Of a stretch of DNA of 64,000 bases, positions 1 through 13,160 are shown piece by piece (the first letter of the stretch is position 1; the number at the start of each line of letters is the position of its first letter). Where the stretch lies: NCBI RefSeq assembly GCF_006345805.1, contig NC_042997.1, forward strand, positions 24,614,001 to 24,678,000, given 5' to 3'. The notes beneath the pieces were generated by a model. That model was not told where the DNA came from. It saw only the letters and a list, made by a program, of their open reading frames with translations, and ran no database searches. Made by a program: the position numbers and the translations under genes. Source of the stretch: Octopus sinensis. Lineage: Eukaryota.

Positions 1-2639
1 TCAAATGGTTGACATCTATATTAATTCCATAAGATCTCCATTGGTTTTACATCTAGATGCACCCCTTACACCTTTGTGCATCGTGTCTCACTTCTATTTA
101 CATAGCTATCATTTTTGTGCACCCATTGTGTTACTTCCGAAATTATGACTTAAGAAATGAGATCTAATATCTTGTTTACTAGCGCGTAACAAACCGCTTC
201 AATAGACTGAGAGATGGTTTCTTATGATCAGTATTATATCTGAAAAACAATAGCACTAAAGCAAAGGTACTGGTATATGCAAGAACAATTCAGGGCAATA
301 ACTCGGGTTAGTCCTGTTTCTAATGATATACAGTTGTGGTGGTATCAGTCCAACTTAGGAAACTACTTCCATCAGTTTTACGAATTCGTAATTGTGTTTG
401 TGGATCACAAATCCTGGCAAAGTTGTTATCCCTTTTTCTTTTTCTTTTTTTTTACGTGAAGGACTGGGATTTGAAGTTAGCTTTGTTTAAAGGGAAAAAA
501 ACTCCATAATCTAACACTGCCCTCTCGTGTTTTATATATGTGGGACGAAAGTTATATTTTTTTCTCGTCACCTTACAAACATATAAAAAACTTCAAACCT
601 GTAATTATATTCCTGTGGTATGTTAAACTTGTTTGCCATATAAACTACTTTAGTCTAACCGATATCGGGGTTATTTGGAAATCCGACAGGCAAAATTTAA
701 CTTAATTTATTACTTTTCTCTTTAATCATTTGCGTGTGCCTTACTTTACGAACATGTTCTTCACATTTTTTTCTGCAAAACATTTTCAGTCGTGTATTAA
801 TACCCTTTGCATGGTACATAGGTGACTAGTGTTAACCATTGGAACAATGAAGTCTTGGTTTCAACTTTGATTAGAAATATTATGTCATTGGATACAAAAG
901 CTGCATATACATACATGCACATGCACTCACAAACACATTCATGCATATATGTGTGGGGTGGTGGTGGCAGGTGGTGAGTATATAATAGACGTGCAAAGCC
1001 CAATGTCGCACGTTAGTGAAGAACAGAATTACAGTGAAAACAATTTAAGTTACTTAGAATCACGGCGTAAAATCCAAAATCCAGATGAAAAGATTGTTTG
1101 TGATCAAAGGATTTCAGAGACATTACGTTTTTATGGCGATCAACGATGTATAACGGGATCAGTCTGAATTTAAATATCTTCCGTTAATCAATTATTTTTT
1201 AAATTAAGAAAAAAAATTACTGAACACAACTTGTTTCTTCAGTAGGATTGATATTATTCTTCGTGTTGCTGTTGTTGCTGTTATTGTCATTTTTTGTAGT
1301 TGTTGCTGTTAACCCCGCTCAACTCTGATGGACCAAAATCATAATCAAAAGAAATTCAAACTGTGAATATCTCATCTTATTTATCTGAGACTACATGAAC
1401 CCCATTCCTCCTTTTTTAAGTCGTTGCAGTGTAATTTTACGAGATTTGGCTGCTATCTTTAGGAGATCAAGTGACCATATAACAGTTTCCTAGTTGTCTT
1501 CAGTAGATGTAGTGCTGTGTACAGATGAATGCAAAAGAAAGGATTCTTTCGGTGTGATAGGTGCTTCTCTGATAAGGACACTAAAGCGGAATGCTTTAAA
1601 GCTAATGTGGTCATTTTTTAAATTTGTTGTTTTTCTTTAGCCTTTAATAGCTTTTTTAAAACAATAAAATAAACGTTTAATGTAACTACGCACATTTAAT
1701 TTAACCTCGACACATTGGCTACTAACGAATTCATGGATAATCTAGAAACTAAAATCAAACGCATTATAAAATCAATATATTTGAAGAGAATCTTAGGAAA
1801 AAGAGATTTAATATTTTTTAAAAGTTTGACCTAACATTTTGATAACAGAACATATAAAAGAGGACGGAGTAAAAAAAAAATGTTATCCTTGGAGAAAATA
1901 TTCAATTTATTTTCTTGCAATTGCGTTTAAAGTTGTGTGCAGTCACTGTAACCCCGAGTAAGATTTGGACTAGAAGTTTAAATGTCTTTCCACTGCAAGC
2001 AACACATTAAGTATAACGCCAATGACAAGATTCTGACCTCAATATCTTTAGATATTTCGATGGAATGAAAATAGTCAACTTGGAGCAGGCAGTGGCTTTT
2101 TATTTATTTATTTGTTTATTTATTTTTTTATTAGAGATGAACAGCATGCGGTGTTTATTGTACTTATTTTTCTTGAATTGATTTATACGTAAACACATAT
2201 GCGCAAAAGCAGCTGTAAAAGCTATCTGCTCCAAATACAAGAATAATGATAAATAATGATTTCCTAAGCAGGAAAAAAGCTTGAAATTTATGTATCTCTG
2301 CCCCCGGGGGAAGTTTCCTTGGTAATCACTGCTTAACCTTTGTTTATTTACTTATTCATTTATTTATTTATTTATTTATTTTTAAATGGTTAATGAAATG
2401 GTTAAGGGGTAAATTCACCCGTGGATAAGATGCTGTTCTATCATGTTAATTCTCCCATATGAACAGTTAGCTCTTTCTGACAGCGAAATCAACTAATATT
2501 ATGTAGACTAAAAAGTTCTCCATCTTCAGAAATAGAGAAAAAAGTCAACTACATATATGACTATTTATTCATAAAATTAGAGCTATCTTCCACGCTTTTT
2601 TCTTTTTTTTTTTTTAGCTTGGGTATGCGGGTAATTTGG

Positions 2640-2872
2640 TAAAACCTCGCGAAGGTACGACTGTGTCCTTCAGAATTACGGAAAAGCTCGACTGAGCCAA
2701 GTTGCTTTTTGCATTGATGCTGCGCAGTGGAATGCAAGAAGATCAGCAGTCAGAATCCGCGAGCTCAACCAAGAGAGTAAATACAACGCATTCTTAGCGA
2801 CTGCGTCCACTGTTGTGTGATCAGTCCATGAAAGACTCAATTCAAATTCATTATAAGGGAACTGGATAGCAA
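2640..2872 (-). pseudogene. Highly decayed LINE reverse-transcriptase fragment (Jockey/L2-like)
   Basis: Minus translation 'LSLSWTDHTTVDAVAKNA...ILTADLLAFH' resembles the post-RT 'L.W..HI..IAK.A' segment of APE-type LINEs; disrupted. Confidence 0.3.
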
Positions 2873-2873
2873 C

Positions 2874-3011
2874 AGTAGCTTGCTTACCAACCACATGGTT
2901 CTGGGTTCAGTCTCACTGCGCTGCGTGGCATCTTGGGCAAATGTCTTCTACTATAGCCTCGGGCCGAGCAAAGCTTTATGAGTGGATTTGGTAGACGTAA
3001 ACTGAAAGAAG
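2874..3011 (+). mobile_element. SINE family A, 5' half only
   Basis: Matches the head of the full copies at 8104, 43678 and 58823 (agcttgcttaccaaccacatggttctgggttcagtc...ggatttggtagacg.aaactgaaagaag). Confidence 0.85.
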
Positions 3012-3214
3012 ATTGACTTTGACAGTGGCCATGCTGAAGCACCGCCTTTAGTCGAACAAATCGACCCCAGGACATATTCTTTGTAAGCCTACTACTTATT
3101 CTATCAGTCCCTTTTGTCGTACCGCTAAGTTACGGGGACGTAAACACACCAGCATCGGTTGCCAAGTGATGTTGGGGGACAAACACAGACACACAAATAT
3201 ATACACACACATAC

Positions 3215-3267
<53 letters not shown>

Positions 3268-3431
3268 CGACGGGCTTCTTTCAGTTTCCGTCTACAAAAT
3301 GCACTTAGAAGGCTTTGATCGGCCTGAGGCTATAGTAGAAGAAACTCGCCCAAGTTGCCACGCAGTGGGACTGAACTCGGAACCATATAGTTGTTAAGCA
3401 AGCTACTTTGCACACAGGCACTCCTACACCT
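3012..3431 (-). mobile_element. SINE family A (tRNA-derived head, internal TA/TG microsatellite)
   Basis: Reverse complement of the 43678-44088 copy; tail-to-tail with the 2874 half copy. Confidence 0.9.
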
Positions 3432-3839
3432 ATTATATGCAATATGGTTAACACTTTGCTGATTCTGCTATCCACGAACTTCTAGTCTTATTTAAAATGA
3501 AACGAAAGCTTTAAAGGTCAGAGTAATTTTTTTATATGCTCCGACACAGATTCACATGTCCAGCTTTCAATTCATCTCTCTTTTCCTCCCTTACTCTTCC
3601 TAGACATACACAGACACACAGGTGGGCATGTTTCACGTACCTGTAAAATACAGCTCAAAGCGTCGATGTATATGCATTTGTTATCGGCTGTAAAAATTAA
3701 GAAATAAACTCAAGGAACGACTGCTTCGAGTACTCTAATTGCCAAGCGCAAAGATACCTAACTCTGATTCAGCTTTGTAGTTTTTCAGTTGAGTAATATA
3801 TGCGTGCGCATGTGGGTTATTATTTTTTTTATAAGTTAA

Positions 3840-4229
3840 CTAGCAGTATCGCCCGGCGTTGCTCGGGTTTGTAAGGGAAATAACTATATAAGCATTTGTA
3901 GAGAGTTATAGCCCAAAAATAGCAAAAAGATGCATTAAAAATGGAAAAAAAAATATGGTAAATTTTTTTTAAATCGTTGACTCATCGTAGACATTTTTAG
4001 AGAGTTACTTCCCTTAGCGAAAAAAATGCATTAAAATGGAAAAAATGATGGTAAATTATTTTAAAAATCGTAGACTCATCGTAGACGCGCGCTAATACCC
4101 AGAAGGGCTCGATATGAATCACGACTATAAGATACCCACTTTTGGTTACACTGCACCGCAAAATGTGGGAGTAGTTAGGAATCTAAATCGTAGGAGACAG
4201 ACAGACAACTTCTCTTTTATATATAAAGA
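3840..4229 (-). mobile_element. Non-autonomous Helitron, copy 1
   Basis: On minus: 5' TC, subterminal hairpin cccgagcaacgccggg, 3' CTAG, inserted between A and T with no TSD; near-identical to copies at 9863 and 58426. Confidence 0.9.
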
Positions 4230-4426
4230 TCCTTAAGAGTGTGTATTTATAGAAAATGCAATACGTTCTACTGGAATTTTGTTTGAGGATGGGGTGGAGA
4301 TGGGGTGGAATGGACAGTAGGAGACATTGGCCTGAGTAGTTCTTGTGCTATTAAGCGTTTAGATCACTTTTTTGCACTTTGCATGGTCTTCTGATAGCGG
4401 CTAAAATATGTTTGTTAAGATATACA

Positions 4427-4815
4427 CGCAAGTATGGCTGTGTAGTGAGAAGCTTGCTTCCCAACCACATAGTTCCGGGTTCAGTCCCACTGTGTGACAA
4501 CTTGGGCAAGTATTTTTTATTATAGCCTCAAGTGAACACAAGTCTTGCGTGCGGATTTAGTAGACAGAAACTGAATGAAGCCTGTAGTATATATATATTA
4601 TGAGTGTGTGTGGGGGGTGTCTTTGTGTCTGTGTTTCTACCTGTGCTTGACAACCAGTGTTGGTGTGTTTACGTCCCAGTAACATCGTGTTTCGGCAAAA
4701 ATTGGCCAATAGAATAAGTATTAGGCTTAAAAATAAGTCCTCGGGTTGAGTTGTTCATCTAAAACCCTTCAAGGCGGTGCTCTAGCATGGCCGCAGTCAA
4801 ATAATTGGAGCATTT
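4427..4815 (+). mobile_element. SINE family A, older diverged copy
   Basis: Head tggctgtgtagtgagaagcttgcttcccaaccac...gggttcagtccc and tail ggcggtgctctagcatggccgcagtcaaat. Confidence 0.85.
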
Positions 4816-4989
4816 AAATGTATATAGATAATCTATATCACACATTTCAAACCACACACGTTAAAATCATTGTGTAGTACTTCTCTTAATTATTTATTTC
4901 ATGTTGCTATCCCTTGTACAGTTTGTCATCTAGTTCTGATCAAAACAATTCTGATTGAGCTTGTGCATAGACTGAATAGGAAAAGCTAC

Positions 4990-5465
4990 TATTCTCTCTG
5001 GGGAACTTCAATAAATTTGATAACCTAGATTCGTTTCGGACATTATCGGCCCAGGCCATGACTAAGTCAATAGCACCACCTGGAAAAGTCTTTAAGTTAA
5101 TTATTTCGGGACGCCATGGACCACTCAAGCAGAGACTTGTTGGTTGAGACGTATCCAGGTGTAGGTGATTTATCCGGTATTTACTAGGGGAATTTGTCCA
5201 GGTACCGTTTGAAAGATACGGTTTCTTTTTCTACTTCAATTTCTTTCGGAATAACATTGAAAAGAGCAGGATCATTTGCAGCGAGGAAATTTTGTCGCAA
5301 TGTTCTTATGCGATGTGATCTCGACCTTTGTAGGGGTCGCATTGCACGGGGGCCTAGTCTTGGGTTAACTGTAAACACAATACCGATATCATTTGCATAA
5401 TATTGGTGGAATATTATCCACATGGTGCAAATAATCTACCACTCACGGCGGTGTTGCAGAGCTTC
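4990..5465 (-). mobile_element. CR1/L2-group LINE 3' fragment
   Basis: ORF 5184-5423 '...RLGPRAMRP...PALFNVIPKEI...FKRYLDKF' resembles the ORF2 C-terminal motif GP.LFN.LP..I....FK..LD.FL; stops and frameshifts present. Confidence 0.7.
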
Positions 5466-5793
5466 AATCGAGAGATAAAACTAGAAGCTTTGTTCAATTT
5501 TTTCCAGTTTTTTTCCTCAACCTCAACGAGAAAAATCTGCGGTGAATCCTATTTTAGTGTGTCTCTGAGTGTTTGAGGGCGGGGCTGTATTTCGGCATGT
5601 TCTTAAGAATGTTTACCTTATATTTGAAATTGTCCCAAAAATTTGTGTTGAGATTCGAAACGTTATATATAAGTGCGTGCATATCATATGCGTCTCTACA
5701 CTCACACACACACATATGTACATGAATGTGTACGTATATACGTATGTACATGCATATAAACATATGGGAATATGTACATATTCATATAAACAT

Positions 5794-6026
5794 AGGCGGC
5801 GAGCTGGCAGAAACGTTAGCACGCAGGGCGAAATGCGTAGCCGTATTTCGTCTGTCGTTACGTTCTGAGTTCAAAATCCGCCGAGGTCGACTTTGCCTTT
5901 CATCCCTTCGGAGTCGATAAATTAAGTACCAGTTACGCACTGGGATCGATGTAATCGACTAAATCCCTTTGTCTGTCCTTGTTTTGTCCCCTCTGTGTTT
6001 AGCCCCTTGTGGGTAGTAAAGAAATA
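5794..6026 (+). mobile_element. SINE family B (tRNA-derived, ~230 bp)
   Basis: ggcggcgagctggcagaaacgttagc...gagttcaaa (B-box-like)...gccccttgtgggtagtaaagaaata; same sequence at 29671, 33059 and 41284. Confidence 0.9.
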
Positions 6027-6043
6027 TATACATATATATATAC

Positions 6044-6084
<41 letters not shown>

Positions 6085-6088
6085 GTAT

Positions 6089-6120
<32 letters not shown>

Positions 6121-6806
6121 ATATATATATATATAAATATGTGTGTGTATATATATATATATATATCTGTGTATTGGGGCATAAGTGTGTGTATGTATGT
6201 GTGTGTGAGTGTGCGTGCGTGTGTCTAATTGCGTTTATGCCTATATGTGCTTTTACGCGTGCGAGTGTGTGTGCAAAATTTCCACCCGACCATCCAACAA
6301 ACCATGTCAATGTCAACGTTCAAAACACAGGTTCATTATCCCTAAATTTTCAACGCGTCAAGAAATTCTTCCGCACCGTTGATGCCATGAATGGCAGCTC
6401 AGCTTCTCTCTCTCCCTCATGATGCCACTAGTAGAGTCTTAATTTAATTCTATCAACATGAAGGGTCTTTGACACAGGGGTCACAAATATTTGTCAAATT
6501 TTCTAACCGTTTTCATATCTGTACATAGTTGTAAAGATTGATTTGCGTCAGCCTGAATAATAATATCTGACTGAACAAAATGTGCCATCGTGTCACGCTA
6601 TCCAAGATGACAATCCTATGTTGTACTTGCACTTAACAAGCAATGATATTCGTAGCTGTTTGCCTCCGTTATAATTGCTTCAAAATACAGACATACATAC
6701 GAGCAAACAATAGTATATATATGAACAAAAGAAAAAAACAAACATAAAGCTATAATTATATTGATCAGAAGAAGGTACTGTTTTAGTGATGAAACGGTTT
6801 TTGAGA

Positions 6807-6896
<90 letters not shown>

Positions 6897-7118
6897 CATA
6901 TATCTAGAGAGGTATACATACATAAAGAGCACACTCTTTTCACGCACACACAAACACACACTTGCACACCCACACACAAACATACACGCGCACACGCGCA
7001 CACATATAGAGATAGAGTCAGAGATAGGCATTTACATATGTATATATGAGCGTTGTGTGTATATATACATATATATATACATATATATAGACAGATATAC
7101 ATATATATACATATATAT

Positions 7119-7159
<41 letters not shown>

Positions 7160-8103
7160 TATATATATAGTGTAATAAATAAAATATGCATACATACAAA
7201 CATATATGTACGTACCTACATCTACATGTATGTATACATGCATATATAAATATATATACGTGAGTGCAGGACACCACAACTAGACGTAGAACTCAACGAG
7301 AAACGAAAACGGAAAAACCATTTTTTTACAACAGAAAAACAGAGTACAGGACATACTACACAAGGAAGAATCCCCTTCATCACCTGTCACTAGTTCGACT
7401 CTAGCGTGTTTCTAAGGCAAGACAGAACACGACTCGTCAAACAAGTCCTTCCTGCGAGAGAATTAAAATAAAATTACTTCGCAGAGGGGTAAAAACAAGC
7501 AAGAAAAAAATGTAACACAAACGGGACGTAAAAACGATGTGTGTGCGTATGTTTGTGTGAGTGTATATATATATATATATGCGTGCTATTTATTTCAACT
7601 GAATTTCTTTTTTGCGTGACAGAAACCTCACTCTACAAAATTTGCTGTGTCAAGCAAAAGTACGAGATGAGATTTCATTGATTACAATTATCTCTTCAAT
7701 AATCATGTGCGGAACCTATAATATTGCCAATTATTCAGGTGAGGGAACCTCATGCTTTCATGACTTCAGTATCATATGTATAGAACACATAAAATGCAGG
7801 CTTGGCGTAAGAGTTTCAGAAATTCAATTCAGAACCATAAGATCCCAGGTTCGATCCTAAATGCACGAGATCTTATTCACGTGTCTATATCATAACACAT
7901 GTCAACTCAAGCTCGGATTATTAGCAGATTGTCGGAAACAAGTGATTCAATGTCTTGTATGGATAACTAGGTATATGCAATACATCTATATCGATCAATT
8001 AGTCACGAATTTGTATTACAAGATCACGGTTTGAGCTTCTTAAACACACTCTCATGTACATATTTATTTCCAAATTTGAACTGAAGTATAATTATTATTG
8101 TTT

Positions 8104-8536
8104 AGGCACAGGAGTGGCTGTGCGGTAAGTAGCTTGCTTACCAGCCACATGGTTCTGCGTTCAGTTCCACTGCGTGACACCTTGGGGAAGTGTCTTCTAC
8201 TATAGCCTCGGGCCGACCAAAGTGAGTTTGTGAATTTGGTAGACGGAAACTGAAAGTAGCCCGTCGTATATATATATATATATATGTGTGTGTATAGGTG
8301 TGTGTGTGTGTGTGTGTGCGTGCGCGCGTGTGTGTGTGTGTGTTCGTCCCCCCAACATCGCTTGACAACCGATGCTGGTGTGTTTACGTTCCCGTAACTT
8401 AGCGGTTCGGTAAAAGAGACCGATAGAATAAGTACGAGGCTTACAAAGAATAAATCCTGGGGTGGATTTGCTCGACTAAAGGCGGTGCTCCAGCATGGCC
8501 GCAGTCGAATTACAGAAAGAAGTAAAAGAGTAAAAG
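8104..8536 (+). mobile_element. SINE family A, full length
   Basis: Head, central (TA)n(TG)n and the gtaaaaga repeat tail are all present. Confidence 0.9.
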
Positions 8537-8544
8537 GATGAAAG

Positions 8545-9505
8545 AATATTTGATAATACTTGTGGCAGATGGAATTAAAGACAACGACATGAAGGAAAAA
8601 GAGAGTGCCTGCGGCGAGTGAGAAAAATACTGGCTTCAGAGCAGAATGCTAGAAACATAATTCCGGCAATAAACTCGCGCGCAGTGACAGTAGCACGGCA
8701 TGGCGCTGGAATCCTGAAGTGGACAGATCCAGAGCTAAAGGAGATGGACAGGAAATCAAGAAAGCTCCTAACGATGTATAGAGCCCATCATCCACGTGGT
8801 GACACTGGTTGCCTCAACATGAAAAGAGCAAATGGAAGAAGAGGACTGATAAGTGAGGAAGACTGCGTGCGTATCGAACTCGTGAGCTTAAGAAAATACC
8901 TAGCCCAAAGTAAGTAAAATTACTAATGTCAGATAGAAACGAGGGAGTATTGAAAGCAGAGAAAAAAAAACGGAAAAACGAAGAAAAAAGTACTGAAAGG
9001 ACACGAAGAAGAATTACGCAACAAGGGACTGCACAATCAATTCCATGCAGCCACAACAAAAGCTGCAGGAAAAAAATGGGTGAGATTGGCTGAAGAAAGT
9101 AACACTAAAAAAAGAGATCGTGACAGCGTAAGACCAAGCTTTGGCTAGGAACTGAAGGGTCAAGCTTTGGAATGAGAAAGTGTCTCCGCTGTGCAGCATC
9201 TGCAATGGAGTGAATGAAACCATTACCCGTGTCACGAACGGATTCCCTAGACTTGCCTAAAACCACTACACGTTGTGGCAACACTATCAGGTAGCGAAAG
9301 TGGCTACATTGGAAACTGTGCTAAAAATGGGGGCCAAAGTGAGTCAAGCCATAGTATGAGCACAAACCGCAGAGATGCGGAGTCGTAGGCTAGCAAAATC
9401 CCCTGGGATTTTCCAATAAAAACAGATCAGGAGTTAGAGCGTAACAGACCGAACCAAGTTGTGGTGGACAAGATGCACCACATGTATTATGTAGTTGATG
9501 TCACC
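8545..9505 (+). mobile_element. R4/Dong-like (RLE-type) non-LTR retrotransposon relic
   Basis: 'AINSRAV...GAGILKWT..ELKEMDRKSRKLLTMYRAHHPR...KRANGRRGLIS', followed by a decayed CCHC knuckle (C..C...ETI) and 'WDFPIKTD...NRPN.VVVDK'. Confidence 0.85.
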
Positions 9506-9862
9506 TCCCTTACTTCTTCCCCTTCTCCTCCTCCTCCTCCTCATTATTATTATGCTATCCCAAATAAGTTCTGGTCTTACCTATAACATTCCAATATTTA
9601 TCAGATGTATTCTTGATGTATATTACCTGACATAAACTTATCGATGTTTTAAGAAGGTATGACGTCATATGAAAGAAATTTTGTTTCTGTATTGTTCTAT
9701 ATAAACAACAATGCAAATTTGTCTTTCATTGCTTTCTTTCGACACATTGCTTTCTTGGAAACATGTATGAATTAAGTAGCTCAAACGCTAACTATTTCTG
9801 AAGGAATTTTTTAAACTAAAACATTAAAACCATTTTTAAATGCATAGTTGATTGGGAGAAAA

Positions 9863-10258
9863 TCTTTATATATAAAAGTCAAGTTGTGTGTCTGTCTCCT
9901 ACGATTTAGATTCCTAACTACTCCTACATTTTGCGGTGCAGTTTAACCAAAACCGGGTATCTTATAGTCGTGATTCATATCGAGCCCTTCTGGGTATTAG
10001 CGCGCGTCTACGATGAGTCTACGATTTTAAAAAACATTTACCATCATTTTTTCCATTTTAATGCATTTTTTTCGCTATTATATAAGGGAAGTAACTCTCT
10101 AAAAATGTCTACGATGAGTCAACGATTAAAAAAAAATTTACCATAATTTTTTTCCATTTTTAATGCATTTGTTTGCTATTTTTTGGCTATAACTCTCTAA
10201 AAATGCTTATATAGTTATTTACCTTACAAACCCGAGCAACGCCGGGCGATACTGCTAG
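9863..10258 (+). mobile_element. Non-autonomous Helitron, copy 2
   Basis: A|TCTTTATATATAAAAG...CCCGAGCAACGCCGGGCGATACTGCTAG|T. Confidence 0.92.
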
Positions 10259-11169
10259 TATTAAATAACTTCAAACATTTTTTAACCGAAACCTTTGTTC
10301 TTCATGTATTTGGTCTTAAAGTTTTGTGCAATATCTCATAGTCGGTGATTAGTAAATCATACACATCCATTGTCGTAAAAGGATATTTGCAATCTACGTT
10401 GTTAAGAATTCGTCTATATAAGCAATGCAGTAACAGTGGTGCACCACCTACACCAGCTAAAGGTTTATTTGAAAGTTTCAAGTTAAAAATCCAAATTTGA
10501 TGATCAGTACATAATATGGCATCCAAACGTGCTTTGAGATCACATCGAATTTATTTGAAGCCGAACAAATAATGGTTGAAAATATAAATCAAGATTTTGC
10601 TATTCAAGACTTCAGCGTCATTTTGTGTGCATGATATCAGCATATCTGTACAGGATGTGCAACGAAAGTAAAGATGGAGATTTGATTTCAGTTTATGACT
10701 GTAATATAACATGGTTTATCTCTTCCATGCAAATTTGAGATGTCATGGAATGTCGGGGAATTTCTAACGCAGTGTCGATCACTCACATCTGAAATACTTG
10801 GCATGAGATGGCCCAAGGTCGTTAGACATTTATCTGACCTCAAAGACTTCCAGGCATATAACTGATGAGAAGGTCAAGAAATGATTCTTTAAGTCTACAG
10901 GCTGCTACGTAGTTATGTGCACGCAGAATGGCATCCATATACACACATGCATAAGCAAAACAATCAAGTATGCATAAATACATAAGCGTACACATACTCA
11001 GATTAAAACTGTGAAACATCTTCTGTATAAATTCAACTCGCGAACACCAGTTCCAGTATCCTTAAAATGTAAACTGGTGCAGAGATATCTTTTCTGGCCT
11101 CCCTCTTTTTCTCTCCTTCTCTCTCCATGCACACACAAATATATGATTATTGTATATGTATTCCTGTAT

Positions 11170-11760
11170 ATATGACATGATTCAGTTTATATCAAGATAT
11201 CTTGCCAATAGAGAAAGAAGCGGTTTCTAACCTAGGTCCAAGGCTCCTACAGGGCATTTTTGTTTGTATATTTGTATGTATGCATGTATGTATGTATGTA
11301 TGTATGTATGTATGTATGTATGTGTGTATGTATGTATGTATGTATGTATGTATGTATGTATGTATGTATGTATTTATGTATGTATGTATGTATGCATGTA
11401 TGTATGTATGTATGTATTTATGTATGTATGTATGTATTTATGTATTATGTATGTATTTATGTATGTATGTATATATGTATGTATGTATTTATGTATGTAT
11501 GTATGTATGTATTTATGTATGTATGCATGTATGTATGCATGTATGCATGTATAAATGTATGTATGTATGTATGTATGTATGCATGTGCAGATTTGTATGT
11601 TTTATGTATGCATTCTCATTCATATAGTTGCATATCATATATACTTAAATGATAATCTTCTGGAAAGGTTTACAGATTTTTTACTGTTCCAGAGATGGAT
11701 TGGATATGTAGTCTTCGAATAAGCTTTCTGCTCTCTGCTTTTCAGAAGTCTAATTTCCCT
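11170..11760 (-). mobile_element. 3' end of an RLE-type LINE, interrupted by an expanded (TATG)n tract
   Basis: 11585-11760 aligns with 56815-57005, and 11173-11250 aligns with 55981-56060. Confidence 0.65.
11270..11582. repeat. (TATG)n microsatellite
   Basis: Imperfect tetranucleotide array; similar arrays at 31975-32220, 33755-34030, 51865-52100 and 57365-57505. Confidence 0.95.
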
Positions 11761-12129
11761 ATGTATATATATGCATGTATGTATGTATGTATGTATGTTG
11801 TATGTATGTATGTATGTATGTATGTATGTATGTATGTGTATGTCAGGTCACTTTCGAGTGCTACTAGTAACATATAACCCAGAACAACCTGTTGCATGGT
11901 CGGGTCGTCGGCGACTAAACCGGCAACCCCACCAAGCTTGCTTGGTGAGGAGGGTTTTTATTGGACGCCCTGCGAGATGAAAAACAAAACCTGCCAAAGG
12001 GCGGAGGAACTCTTGAGAGTCAACAGCCATCTAATAAATGTTTTGTTTTGTTTTTTCTTAAGGCTGTATCATGCGCGGGGACATAGAAATAATCGGACTG
12101 AATACCCGATCGCGCGGTTAAACCATTGG

Positions 12130-13160
12130 GAGTGAAGGACTCCTAGATGTAGGCATCTTGAGGGTCTTTCAGAAATTCTATTAATGATCTTCTAATTGGT
12201 CCACAGAATAGAGAGGGACTCCTCGGAGCAGAGTCGGCATCCCCTAGAAATAATATTGTATGACTTTGCGTGCCTTACTATGGTCTAATTTATGTTATAC
12301 TGAATTTCATCTTCCTTTAGTTGCCACACAAAGTCAGCCAAAGATGTTGAATATCTTTTAATTATTCTTTTCATGCTAGAGACATGGTTGCGATAACGAT
12401 TCTTAAATGTATCAGCCGTTTGCTCAATGTAAATATAACTGCCCTCCCCTTGTGTCCACGGTACATTTATATGCAAGATTTGTACTCATATATTCAACAT
12501 TTTTTACCGATTTTGTGCGACGACTGAAGGAAGATAAAATTGAATATAACAAAACCCGATCCATAACAAGGCACGCAAAATCGGTCAAAGATGTTGAATT
12601 TCTTTTACTGAGACTCCTGAAACTGGCGACATATTTACGATAACGATTCTTAAAGGAATCAGCCGTTTGCCCAATGTAAATAATCGGCCTTCCTTTTGTG
12701 TGCACGGTATATCTATAGTCAGTGGAGGCGCAATGGCCCAGTGGTTAGGGCAGCGGACTCGCGGTCATAGGATCGCGGTTTCAATTCCCAGACCGGGCGT
12801 TGTGAGTGTTTATTGAGCGAAAACACCTAAAAGCTCCACGACGCTCCGGCAGGGGATGGTGATGATCCCTGCTGTACTCCTTCACCACAACTTTCTCTCA
12901 CTCTTACTTCCTGTTTCTGTTGTACCTGTATTTCAAGGGGCCGGCTTTGTCACTCTCTGTGTCACGCTGAATATCCCCGAGAACTACGTTAAAGGTGCAC
13001 GTGTATGTGGAGTGCTCAGCCACTTACACGTTAATTTCCCGAGCAGGCTGTTCCGTTGATTCGGATCAACCGGAACCCTCATCGTCGTAACCGACGGAGT
13101 GCTTCCAATATCTATAGACAAAATTTGTACTCATACGTTCAACATCTTTGGCCGATGTTG
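12130..13160 (-). pseudogene. Penelope-like element GIY-YIG endonuclease relic (two tandem partial copies)
   Basis: 'YIYIEQTADTFKNRYRNHVSS...STSLADFVWQLKE..IQYNI' then 'C.LC.EE...C.H'; second copy 'IIYIGQTADSFKNRYRKY..SF..STSLTDF'. Confidence 0.8.
12722..13107 (+). mobile_element. SINE family C (tRNA-derived), inserted into the PLE relic
   Basis: A-box tggcccagtgg, B-box-like ggtttcaattcc; TSD atatctatag at 12709-12718 and 13108-13117; near-identical to the 59376 copy. Confidence 0.92.

Noticed and set aside
949-1167. 72-aa non-repetitive ORF (also 10302-10526 and 34451-34642)
   Set aside because: Short, no recognisable motif or exon structure; chance ORFs or very old TE debris
7257-7530. 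Possible hammerhead in a repeat related to 23325-23450 and 54715-54930 (CUGAUGA-like on minus)
   Set aside because: Could not assemble consistent helices I-III with GAAA and UH; probably a decayed PLE terminus
11865-12080. GC-richer segment as a possible HDV-like or twister ribozyme
   Set aside because: Could not fit the pseudoknot by eye; may be a LINE 5' fragment
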